From the human T2T-CHM13v2.0 reference genome, Homo sapiens, in assembly GCF_009914755.1 (NCBI RefSeq), contig NC_060934.1: a stretch of 64,000 nt of DNA. The stretch is one strand, 5' to 3'. Numbering within the stretch: the first letter of the stretch is position 1; each line of letters opens with the position of its first letter. Below are positions 26,150 to 38,250 of this stretch, piece by piece. Position numbers and translations under genes: made by a program. The notes under the pieces were generated by a model. The model did not search any database. It was given only the letters and a program-made list of their open reading frames with translations, and was not told the origin of the DNA.

Positions 26150-29100
26150 TCAAGTTGTTCATAATATTTTCTTATTATCCTTTTAATGTCTGCAGGAACT
26201 GAGTGAAGTTCCTTCTTTAATTTCTGATATTGGTTATTTTTGTCTTCTATCTTCTCTATTGATCAGTCTGGCTACAAGCTTATCAATTTCATTTTTTAAA
26301 AATGAGATTTTGGTATGATTTATTAATTTTCTCTATTGTTTTTCTGTTTACAGTCATTGATTTCCATTTATCTTTATTTTCTTCCTTCTGCTCACTTTGG
26401 GCTTAATTTACTCTTCTTTCTCTATTATCTTAAGGGGTAAAATTAGATAACTGATTTGAAAACTTTTTTACTTAAAATGTAATCCTTTAATTCAATAAAC
26501 TGCACTTTAGGGACACCTTTACTTTTGTCCCATAGATTTTGATAAGTTGAGATTCCATTTTTAAACAAAGTGTTTTCTAATGTTTTTGTGACTTCTTCTT
26601 CGACACATTTGTTATTTAGAAGTCCCTTGTTTGATTTATAAATATATGAAAAATTTTCCAAGGTCCTTCAATAACTAATTTCTAGTTTAAGTCCATTGTG
26701 ATCAGAGAATATACTGTATAACTTTATTTCTTTTACATTAGCATGAGGATTATGTATTACAAGAATAGAGTGTAGCTTGGCAAGTGTTCTATGTATACTT
26801 AAAAACATATGTATTGTGCTGTTGTTGCATGGACTGTACCTTAAATATCAATAAGTAAAGATAGTTACTAGTGTTTTTCAGGTATTCTATATGCTTTTTG
26901 ATCTTTTTTCTATTTTTTTAATGATTACAAGAAGAAAAGTACTGAAATCCCCAACTATAATAATTACTCTATTTTTCTTTTCAGTTTTATCAGTTTTTAA
27001 TTTAGGTATTTTAAAAGTTTGTAGTTTGGTGAATACACATTTAGGATTATGTCTTCTAGGTGAATTGATGCTTTATTTATCAAAAGATGTCCCTCTTTAG
27101 CCCCATTAATATCCCCTGTTTTAATGTATTTTGTCTGATATTAATTTAGCCATTCCAGGTATTTTACATTATTGTTTACATTATATATCTATTTAAATAT
27201 TTTGTTTTTTTGTGTTATCTGTATCTTATATTTAATGTATGTTTCTTAAAGACAGCATAGAGTTTAGTCTTGCATTTCTGCCCCAAATCCAGTATGCCTG
27301 TTTTTTAATGAGGCTGTTTCAATTCTTTGTAGTTAATATAATTAGCAATATAATTGGATCTAAATCTACCATCTTGCTGCTTTCTATTTATTCCACCTGT
27401 TCTTTGTTCTTTTTCTCTCTGCCTATTTTTACAATATTACCTATTTTTTTAGTATTTTAATTCATCTTTATTGACTTAATTAGTTATAACTATAACCATA
27501 ATTATTTTAGTAATTTATTTAGCATTTACAATATGTCTTTATCACAGTCTATTTATTATTAATAGTTATATCACTTAATGTCTCATATAGGAACCTTCCA
27601 AGGTGATCCTCCCAGTTCAGCCTTTCCATTCTTTGTATTACAATTTTTACACATTTTACTTTGATAAATATTTAGTGCTATTATAACTTGTTACTATTAT
27701 GCCAAGTCAAGAGTCAGCTTGCTTATTTTCTGTAAAAGGCCAGATAGAAAAATATTTTTGGCTTTTTGAGCCATAATGTCTCTCTCACTACTCAACTTTT
27801 ATGTTATGGGTGAACACAGCCACAGATAATAAGTGACTGGGTATGACTATATCCAAACAAACATTATTCATTAAAATAGTTAGGGGCTGCTTTACAGTCA
27901 GATGTAAACAATCTTATTTATTGAAGCAAATCTGCTCTCCCCAAAATTTTCTCAAGTTTTCTTTTTTTTTGAAAAATATTTTTTGCCTTGATACTTGAAA
28001 GATACTTCTTCCCCACCGCCCAATATAGAATTATAAGCTGTCTGTTTTTTTTTTTCTTATTCAATAGTTTGAACTAGTTACTCATTTTTCTCTGGCTTGT
28101 GTATTTTCTAACAAGAGTATGGTATAATTCTTACATTTTTCTCTCTGTAAATAATTCTTCCTTCCTTCCTCCTCCCCTCTCTTCCTTTTTTTCCTTTCTG
28201 CCTGTCCCTTCCCCCTTCCCCTTCCTCTCTCTCCCTGTCTTTCTTTTCCTTTCAGTTCTTCAAGATTTTCTTTTTGTCTTTCAATTTTTAGGACTTTGGC
28301 AATAATATATATTTTTGTCTTTATCATGCTTTGGGCATTCTGAATTTTTTTAGATCCAGGAATTGAGGTATTTGCTTAATTTTGGAAAAATTTTGGCCAT
28401 TATCTCTTCAATTGTTACTTCCATTATCCACCCACTCCCCAGCCTCTTCTTCTGCATCTATGATTATGTTCTCATTAGACCATTGGCTGTTGTCCCATCA
28501 TTCTTGGTAGCTGTGGTTTTTTTCACCATATTTTTTGGTTTGTGTTTTTGTTTGACCTTTTTCTTCATGGTTTTGTCTAGCAGTATTGCTATATCTAAAG
28601 AAAAGCCTCTCAACTTTTCTGTCATTTTTTTTTAAATCACCTGTTATTCCATTTGATACTTTCTTAGTTTTCATTTCTCTGCTGGAATTTCCTGCATTGT
28701 CCACCTTTTCCAACAGATATCATTTGCATGGTTGCCACTTTTCCTCTTTTTGTTCTACCAAAGGTAAAACCATTTTTGTGATCTGTTTATCCTGGAAGAG
28801 ACTTGTTCCTTGTTGGAATTAATTTTTTCTGAATTACTTTAGACCTCAGCTAGCTTCAAGAAAAGTTATGATTTTGTAGATCACCTAGTTTTATTCTTGT
28901 AGTTAGTGTCAGAGTAATATTCTCTTGTATTTTTTCATATCCTATGTGGAGCCAAAGACCTTCTGAAGTGTTTGAATTATTTCTGAAGGATAGTCTTTCT
29001 TCCACATTTTATGTTCCTTCTTTTCAAAGAGCTTATTAAGATTTTTGTATCTCTTGGAATCTTTCTTGACTTTTGGTCTACTTTCTGTGAGATCTTCTTT

Positions 29101-29350
29101 AATTTGTCTTCTAACTATATTGCTGAATTATTTTTCAATTTCTGCAGTGTTATTTTAATTTTTAATGGCTTTACCCTGTTCTCTAAATTTTGTTTGTGTA
29201 GTTTACTTTTTTAGATGTTAATATTTTAATGTGATAAAACAATTTATTGTACTTATTTTGAAAATTTCCTCTGTGAATTGTCTTTGGTTTCTCTACATTC
29301 TCTTTTTATGCATGTTTTATTTTTTAAGTACTTTATCAAATTTACATTTC
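26150..29350 (-). mobile_element. Old L1M (ORF2 to ORF1, antisense), interrupted by MER58
   Basis: ORF 26443-26661 encodes 'TYQNLWDKSKGVPKVQFIEL', matching L1 ORF2 TYQNLWDAAKAV; continuous T-rich antisense L1. Confidence 0.8.
27710..27895 (+). mobile_element. MER58 (hAT-Charlie)
   Basis: 'ttttctgtaaaaggccagatag...actactcaact...cagccacagataat'. Confidence 0.75.
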
Positions 29351-30529
29351 CATCTTTAAGAATGAGGCACTGAAATGCTGACAGAGAGCTCAGATGGTCA
29401 AGAACAGAAGGGGGTTGTGGGTGGTCTCACAGTTCATAATATAGCACTTCCACTTTCAACCATGGCTAGTGGTCAAAGTCCAGAGCCTCTGTTGTTAAAC
29501 GGCTACATAGATTAAATATTTAGTCCTTTTTTGGGATGAACAGAATAGTGTTCTTGTTGACAGGGTAGGAAAAGAGATCTTACACACTAATTGTTTCTCC
29601 TAAAGTCTTCTAACTAATCCTTGCACTTTCAGCCCCAATCCACATTTTAGCCATCAATGGCAATTACATTCCAACTTGTGGGCCTCTGAGGTTCTTGGAT
29701 ACACATCAGCTTGCTTGATCTTTTGACTTAATCTCTTGGAGTCTGTTGTTGATTTCCCTTTCCTCACTCTTTCTAAGTCAGGTTCCAGTCATCCATTGAG
29801 TTCACAGTTTCCACCATCTTGTGGACATTTCTTGCTGTCATTTCTCATTCTCTTTGACTTTGTGGTTTAATGCATTTTTGAACGTTGTTTCACTGTGATA
29901 GAAGTGAATTTTTTGAGTGGAGGTAAAAGTATAGATGTTCAAAATGCAACGAAATTGGTCCTCCAGAGCTGGAATTCCAAAGCAAGGCAAGGGATCCCAG
30001 ACTTTGTGTTCCTTCATCAGCTGGCCACTGCCCAAGTGTGGCCCTCTGGAAGAGGACACAACCTTGAATGAGGCAGTGCTCTAAGGCTGAGGGAGATTCC
30101 CAGTGAGCAGCATGCTAGGGCAGTCAATAGATCCTAATCCCCACAGGTGGGAGATAGGTGCATCATCCTCAAGAAAAATTGGGGTGTCATTGCTGATATC
30201 CATCACAGTGTTTATAGCTCCAGGCCCCGTGTCATCTGCATGTTTATTCTTACTCTTTTTCCATTGAAGATAGTACAAGAGGCCCCAATAAATCAAACAG
30301 TTTTTAATGCTTGCCAGAAAAGGAGACAGCTGCTTGCAAAATTCATGTATGCTTCCCTTTTAGGCTTAGATATACTGTATATACAACCAGTCCAACCACC
30401 AAAGATCAGCTTCCTTTGTCTTTGAACTGGGGCCAAAGAAGTTAAGAAGTTTCCCAATATAGGCCCTTTGTAGTCAGCCGCTTTCCCTAGAGCTTTGGCT
30501 GCAGGCAACTATTGGACTCCTTTATTCAA

Positions 30530-31200
30530 TGTAATGTCATTTGCTTATTCCAGAATTTCAAATAAATGGAATCTTTCAATAATTCTTTATTTTGCTTGTT
30601 ATCACTCAGCTTAATATTTTAAAGATTCATGCATGCTGTTGGGTATATGTGGAATTTATTTATTTTTTATTGCTGAAGAGGATTCTATTTTGTGGATATA
30701 CTTGATATGGTTTGGCTGTGTCCCCACCCAAATCTCATCTTGAATTGTAGCTACCATAAATTTCTCATGTTATAGGAGGGACCTAGTGAGAGATAATTGA
30801 ATCATGGGGGTGATTTTCCCCATACTGTTCTCATGGTAGTGAATAAGTGTCATGAGAGCTGATGGTTTTATAAAGGGAAACCCCTTTCATTTGGCTCTCA
30901 CCCTTCCCTTGTATGCTGCTATGTGAGAAGTGCCTTTCACCTTCCACCATGATTGTGAGGCCTCCCCAGTCACATGGAACTGTGAAACCTCTTTCTTTTG
31001 TAAATTGCCCAGTCTTGGGTATGTCTTTATCAGCAGCATAAAAACGGACGAATACAATACTGCAACGTGCTTATCAATTGGGCTGAGGAAAAGCATTGAG
31101 TTCTTTCCAGTTTGGGGATGTTATGAATAAAGCTGTTATTACCAATGTTGCATGAGTTGTACATGGTCATTATTTACTACTCTTCTCAGTAAAATACCTT
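30530..31200 (-). mobile_element. L1M 3' fragment (antisense), interrupted by THE1
   Basis: 'aaatggaatc...agattcatgcatgctgttg...ttccagtttggggatgttatgaataaagctg'. Confidence 0.7.
30703..31056 (+). mobile_element. THE1 (MaLR) solo LTR
   Basis: 'tgatatggtttggctgtgtccccacccaaatctc...aatacaa'; 5 bp TSD ATACT at 30698-30702 and 31057-31061. Confidence 0.95.
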
Positions 31201-31307
31201 TGTGCTCCCTCACAGCCAGCTACTTTTTTTTTTTTTTTTTTTTTACCATCTCTTAAGAAATATCTAAGCATTTAGAAGAATGAGCTTTGCACTTCAGGCA
31301 TGCACAG

Positions 31308-31530
31308 ATGAGGGAAACATTTTACTGTAAGGATCTGGATGGTAAATATTTTAGGGGTTTCAGTCCACAGGGTATCAGTTGCAACAACTGAGCTCTGCTG
31401 TCACAGCACAAAAACAGGCACAGAAAATACATATACAACTGACTGTGTGGCTAGGGCCAAAAAAAAAGCTTATTTATATAAGCAGGAAATGGGCAGAATT
31501 TAATCCAGGAGCTACAGTTTGCTGTTCTTA
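31308..31530 (+). mobile_element. MER58A (hAT-Charlie)
   Basis: 'ctgtaagg...gtaaatattttagg...gcaacaactgagctctgc...acagtttgctg'. Confidence 0.75.
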
Positions 31531-34169
31531 TTTAAAATTGCAAAATATTCCTTGACTTACAGTGCAATTATAATAGTGTTTTCATTTGTTAAGTATTCCC
31601 AGAATCATGAATTGGACAATAAATAGATGCTAGGAAATGAATGCTGGACACTACTGTGCAATGATAATTTCAGAGTGCAAAAATCCACTGTATCCATGCC
31701 AACTGAGAGAATGGGTTCCTCGAGTAAACATGTTTGTCTCCTCTCTTACCTAACTATGCCTCCTGTTCAAGTTGTTATTGTATACTGCAGCAGTGAAGGA
31801 ATATTTCTAACTTTGACAAGGATACGACTCATGAACTTTTATGGCATTAAAACTCAGCTCCCTTCAATTTTAAGGACATAGCCCAAGAGATGTGGAGAAG
31901 CATTTCCCTGGGGTCTAAACATTGTTTTCTTCAAGAGCAGGTATTTGTGGTCACCTTTGTCCTCTGCCAGGACTGCTCAATGTGTGCCTAGAGACAGAGG
32001 AGGGCATGTCTTCTTTAATACATCTATTGTTTGGGTGTCTGTGTTATGCAGAGTTTTCTATAATGATGGGGCTCAGGGCAGAAGATTCCTGTTGCTTGGG
32101 TCTAAATGTAGTACTAATAAAATCAGAATCATCTTAAAGAACATAAATCAGGCCATTGTTCTTTGCTGCTGAATATCTCCCAGTAGATTTCCATTGCATT
32201 TAAAATGAAATCCACTCTCCTTTCCCTGGCACGCAGGCTAACCGTGTGCTGAAACTTGCTGGTTCTTGTAAATTAATCTGACCTCACTGTCTCCCAGCCC
32301 ACCATCTTCTAGCCTGCTGGCTTTCCTCTTCTGTCTTGAAGAAATGGAGGAGGAAAAATAATCTTGGCTTTCTATGGGAGAAATATTTCTCCTCTTTTCA
32401 TTTCTATATTTCAGGACATATGATAGTGTCTTGCAGACATAGGTTGTCAAATAGGTATTTTTAAGTGAAAGATATTTTACAAAAGCAAAGGAAGGAGGGA
32501 AGTTTTCCATGGTGATGATATAGTTTGAGCGTATTCTTGGTGGTGTGAAATTTATGTGAGGTTTTAAGGAATGACTTGCAAGGTTAAAATAATGAGATTT
32601 ATAAGAAGGATATGTTATATTTTAAGGTAATTAGTGATGGTTTCATCAAAAAGATGGAAGAATCTATGATATTTACATGCTTGTGGATGTCTCAGAATTG
32701 TATGGTGTTTTGCAGTTTCCAAGTACTTTCACATATGAAATCTCATTTATGCGAGATCCCTGTTTTTCTAGCTTAATGCAGGCCAGGGATGCATAAAAAC
32801 TTAATTAGAGACAGAAGGAAAATAATTTCTTTTTCCAAGGATCCATATGTGTGCAATGAAAGAACAAAAGGAAGTTTTGTTTTTAAGAATCATCCTAGAC
32901 CTTGCATTTTTATTCATTTCTGACAATGGAAAAGTGGCTATAGCTGCCAACTCAACAGTCTTTCCAAGTAAGCCCTTGAGTAAGAAGCCAAATGTCTTGT
33001 CTGTGAAAAAAATATATATATATCAGCAGTTAGGCATCTGAATGCCACCTCCAGATAACAAGGAAATGAACATGTGTGCATTTGATTTAACACTTTAAAA
33101 TGTGGTCTCTCACATTGCTCTCCCAAGACTCATCACCCTGTATTTTGAGAGTACCTCTGAGTACTAGGGTTCATGCCAATCTCACAACTAAATACATACA
33201 AGTGCACTTAATTGTGATTAAAAACAATCACTCAGTCCATGTAGATAACTAAAGTTTTTTTTTTCTTAGTAGTATATTTTCAATATTTCTAAACTGGCCA
33301 GGAGATCACTTTAAAATGAACCAGGCACAGCTTGCAAAATGCCATTACTACTCTCAGGACAAACTAATGAGCAAAGAAAATAGGAATTTCATTGGTTATG
33401 TGGGAAATCATTCTATACTATGCCAGGAAACATATTTATTTAGTATATGTACAGTGTATGAGCTTAATATAACCATTTGATTGAACAAACTATTTACCTA
33501 AGTCAACCTTACCATTTCCTCCCTCCACTTCTTAACAGTAGATTTCATCTAATCCTCATGCAAAAAAGTGGGTAATATCAACATTTATTAATAATTATTT
33601 TATTGGTTACAATGTTCTATACGTTCTTTGGTCTTTTGAAACTGTCTTTAGCTCTTACTCACTGTCATCCACAGGAATTGCACCACTAAGTTTTAGAAAC
33701 TGTAGTTTTAACTGGAACATTTTTATTCCAACTTCCTATGGTCACCTGATAATATTAAAATTCTGTGACCTTAAAACTAGAAGGACTTCCAATAGCCATA
33801 ATTAGATATTACATTAAATCATTATTAATCTCTGCATTCTCTATAAAATGTTTCATTTTCATACAATTGAAACATAGATTTTCCTTTCTGTAAATTACAG
33901 AATTTTCTACCTGTATCATGCACAGGTGATGCCTTATTATCTATGATCTATATCTGAGCGTCTTTGTACCTGTCCCCCTTACACAGCTACACAAAATTGA
34001 AAACCTAGGCAACTTCTTATTAACTTTCTCCTCTGACCTGTTAACATCATCCCTTCTAATCTTAGCAGCACTGGTGGTGAATATGTTTTCATTCTTTCCT
34101 CCATTTTTACACAGTTTGTATGCAAATAATATTTATTATTAAATCAATAACTAACAATGTGTAACTACT

Positions 34170-35236
34170 TGTTGTGGGAAGTCAGGGACCCCTAACGGAG
34201 GGACCGGCTGAAGCCGTGGCAGAAGAATATAAATTGTGAAGATTTCATGGAAATGTATCAGTTCCCAAAATTAATACTTTTATAATTTCTTATGCCTGTC
34301 TTTACTGCAATCTCTGAATATAAATTGTGAAGATTTCATGGACAATTGTCACTTCCCTAATAATACTCTTATAATTTCTTATGTCTGTCTTTACTTTAAT
34401 CTCTTAATCCCATTATCTTCATAAGCTGAGAATGTACGTCACCTCAGGAACACTATTGTACAAATTGATTGTAAAACATGTGTGTTTGAACAATATGAAA
34501 TCAGTGCACCCTGAAAAAGAATAGAATAACAGCGATTTTCAGGGAACAAGGGAAGATAACCATAAGATCTGACTGCCTGTGGGGTCGGGCAGAATAGAGC
34601 CATATTTTTCTTCTTGCAGACAGCCTATAAATGGACATGTGAGTAGGAGAGATATCACTGAATTATTTTCCCAGCAAGGAATATGAATAATTAATACCCT
34701 AGGGAACTAATGCATTCCTAGGGGGAGGTCTATAAATGGCCGCTCTGGGAGTGTCTGCCTTATGTGATTGAGATAAGGACTGAAATATGCCCTGGTGTCC
34801 TGCAGTATCCTCAGGCTTACTAGGATTGAGATATTCCAGCCTGGTAAATTCTAGTCAGACCGGTTCTCTGCTCTTGAATCCTGTTTCCTGTTAAGATGTT
34901 TATCAAGACAATATGTGCACAGCAGCACATAGACCCTCATCAGTAATTCTAATTTTGGCTTTGCCTTGTGATCTTTATCACCCTTTGGAGCATGTGATCT
35001 TTGTGACTTGATCCCTGTTCATACAACCCCTCCCTTTTAAAATCCCTAATAAAAACTTGCTGGTTTTGTGGCTCAGGGTCATCATCACAGTCCTACCATT
35101 ATGTGATGTCACCCCTGGAGGCCCAGCTGTAAAACTCCTCTCTTTGTACTCTTTCTGTTTATTTCTCAGGCTGGCCAACACTTATGGAAAATAGAAAGAA
35201 TCTACATTGAAATATTGGGGGCTGGCTCCCCCGATA
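34170..35236 (+). mobile_element. MER11 solo LTR (HERV-K11/HML-8)
   Basis: 1067 bp, 'tgttgtgggaagtcagggacccc' to 'gggggctggctcccccgata'; 6 bp TSD actact/actagt. Confidence 0.93.
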
Positions 35237-35491
35237 ACTAGTGTCGGTTTTTCATATTCAATTCTAAGTTCTGAGAAGCAACGAACTACATCAATCTAAT
35301 TATACCATGGTTGGCCCATTCTTACCACAGTTCTTGGTACGTACAAAGCAAGTTAGCTAAAAATATTGGTAACATTGTATTCTGGGAATCAATCTATGTA
35401 TTTTGCCTCAGTTAATTCAGTTAATATTTAGAAAACACTTTTGAGACAGGCTGTTATTATCCTTATTTTATGACCTTAAAAGAATAAAGTG

Positions 35492-35807
<316 letters not shown>

Positions 35808-37112
35808 TTAAGTAATTTGATCAAGACCTCAAAACTGTTTTGTGGAAGGTTCATGAGATATAATGTGTTCTTCATAAATACTGTAATGGACTAATAAATT
35901 GTGAAAAATTGCATAAGAAGGTGAAGATAGCTAATTTTGCAATAAATGTGTATAGCTTATAAGTATACATATGTATTCCTTGAACAATGAAGTCTTTCAA
36001 AATTAATAGATTACTTACGATGACAATTTGCTGTCTGTAGAATATTGATACGTTCTATTTAGTCTACAGGTAAGAATTTCACCTTCAACTCATCATCAAA
36101 ATAGGTTAATATAAATAATATAAATTAAAAAACAAATGATTTTGCTCTCTGTATAAGAATCAGACTATGGCAGAGAGATAGTATTAACTGGTGACCCATA
36201 ATTATAATTTGTACTTTGTAAAATTTTCCTGGAAATGGGAGAAAACTGATTGCCACCTCTAAAAATTCTCCTGCCCTATTATTGTGAATATTTGGAAGGC
36301 CTCTTTTTTCTTGGCTTTTTAGACACTCCAAGATCTAATTCAATTTCAAGATTCAATCCAAGATGTACAAAACAAAACAAAGAAATTCTGAATTTATATT
36401 GGAGCTATGAAATATTATGCAGAAGCCCTTGTTTCTGTACAGTGTAATAATCAATCAATTCCTTCCTAAAGCAGAGGCAACTAACTGCATTTTTCTTTGC
36501 AGAAATATGGCATCCTCAATCTGATATTAGAGATTCAGAAACTATAGTTCCATGAATTTGAGTGTCTCACCCAATGTCAATAACTCCTTAGATCAAGTCT
36601 GGATAACTAATGTCTTTCCCAATTGTATTTCATAATTTTATTGTCATTTTTTGTAGCTATTAATTTCAGTGATCCATCATTAATATAATTATATTTGAGA
36701 ATGTAAAAATGTTATATCACTTTACCTGGAGAGCTCTTTAATTTCTTCCAGCTTAAATACTGCCAAAATAATAAATCGGGAATATGAAATACTATTTACT
36801 TAAATGGTCTCATGTATATTGTGCTGGGATACACAATATAAAAACATCGCTTGCAGCTGCCACTGAATACACAGGTGATCACATGAATTAGATCTTGGTA
36901 GAAACATTTGTTTGGAAGTGCTGTGTGTAGGAAGCTGAGAAGTCAAGGGGAAGAAAGTTCTGTTCTTTTTTGCTTTACTCCCAGACTGCTTCTGCCCTTA
37001 GCAGTGCCTCTGTTCATCAGCACCAGTGAGTTCACAAACCAGTTCTTTCAATAGAAAAATCATCAATCATAAAAACAAGCAAGAGCCCCTCAAATGCTTG
37101 TCACTGTCTTAC

Positions 37113-37223
37113 CTTCTGCTATCGTGGGAGAGAACCGACTCCACTTAGAGATGCAATAATCAGCAACTTTCCTTTGTGGAGCAGATGGTGTTGACAGAGC
37201 TTGTTCACAATGGTTGGGTATCA
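37113..37223 (-). other. Candidate 111 nt internal exon (unassigned, possibly lncRNA)
   Basis: On minus: ctctgttcttaatttgcag|TGATACC...GCAGAAG|gtaaga; lies in apparently unique sequence. Confidence 0.35.
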
Positions 37224-37774
37224 CTGCAAATTAAGAACAGAGTCCTTTCTATCTGTTATGCTGCTTTTTGTTTATTTGTTTGTTTGTTTTTTATTTTACC
37301 GTGAGTTCTCTATTATGTTGCAGGCATGAAACTGAACAGCAATTATAGTTCATTTGTGCTCACAGAATGCTATAATAGAATGCTAGTGTTCTAGATACGA
37401 AATTCCATGCTTTACAGAAAATAGACTTAAACTCTAGAATAGTGCCACTTTTTTACTGATTATATTCAAGGGCTCCACTTTTCCAATAGGAGAGTTTTTT
37501 TTTCAGTTAACTGAGGCTTATTCTTTTAAAAATAATACTAAATCTACTCTTATTTTAAATAAAATATTCCTAAAGTATTACAACACTCCTGGAATTAACA
37601 AATGAAATGTATAATGTATTGTGAGTTGGGGTTTAAGTCATGAACAGGTAACATTTTACTAGTTTGAAAATCATGATGTCCTTTGGGGCTACACAGATGT
37701 ATGAGCTGTTCCTGTCAATTCCTAATGTTCCTAGATTGGTATACATGTTTAGTTGTTTAATTTGCTTTTTTTTT

Positions 37775-38250
37775 AGTGTATCAATGTGTAATTGACATAC
37801 TACAAACTACATATATTTAAAGGGAACAATTCAATAAGTTTGACCCACCATATACTGTTGTGAAACCATCAGCATGATCATGAAAATGAAATCAATCACC
37901 CTGAACAGTTTCGTCATGCCCTCCTGCCTTTCTTTCTCAAACAACCACCCATCCCCAGACAACCAGTGATCCACTTTTCCCTACTATAGATGAGTTTGTA
38001 GTTCTTAAAAAAATATAGAAATTGAACCATGCAGCATGTATATGTTTTAGTCTGGCTTATTTAGCACAATTATTTCAAGATTCATCCACATTGTAGAGCA
38101 TGTCTGCTATTTATGCATTTTAATTGCTGAGTATTCCATTGTATTAGCTTTGTGCAAAAATAATTGTGGTTTTTGATCATTTGTGTATGTCTTTTTGTGA
38201 ACATAAGCTTTTATTTCTCTTGGGTAAATATGCAGAAATGGAATGAATAT
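37775..38250 (-). mobile_element. L1ME 3' end (antisense) containing a half MADE1 at 38144-38181
   Basis: 'taattgacatac...ccccagacaaccagtgatcc...agattcatccac'; MADE1 arm 'ttagctttgtgcaaaaataattgtggtttttg'. Confidence 0.75.

Noticed and set aside
28150-28260. Polypyrimidine tract and K/E/R/G-rich ORF 28082-28327
   Set aside because: Low-complexity (CT)-rich expansion inside an L1
33040-33060. CTCF-like 'tgccacctccag' (also 36251)
   Set aside because: Only half of the motif matches
34226-34400. ~90 bp internal tandem repeat
   Set aside because: Normal part of the MER11 LTR consensus
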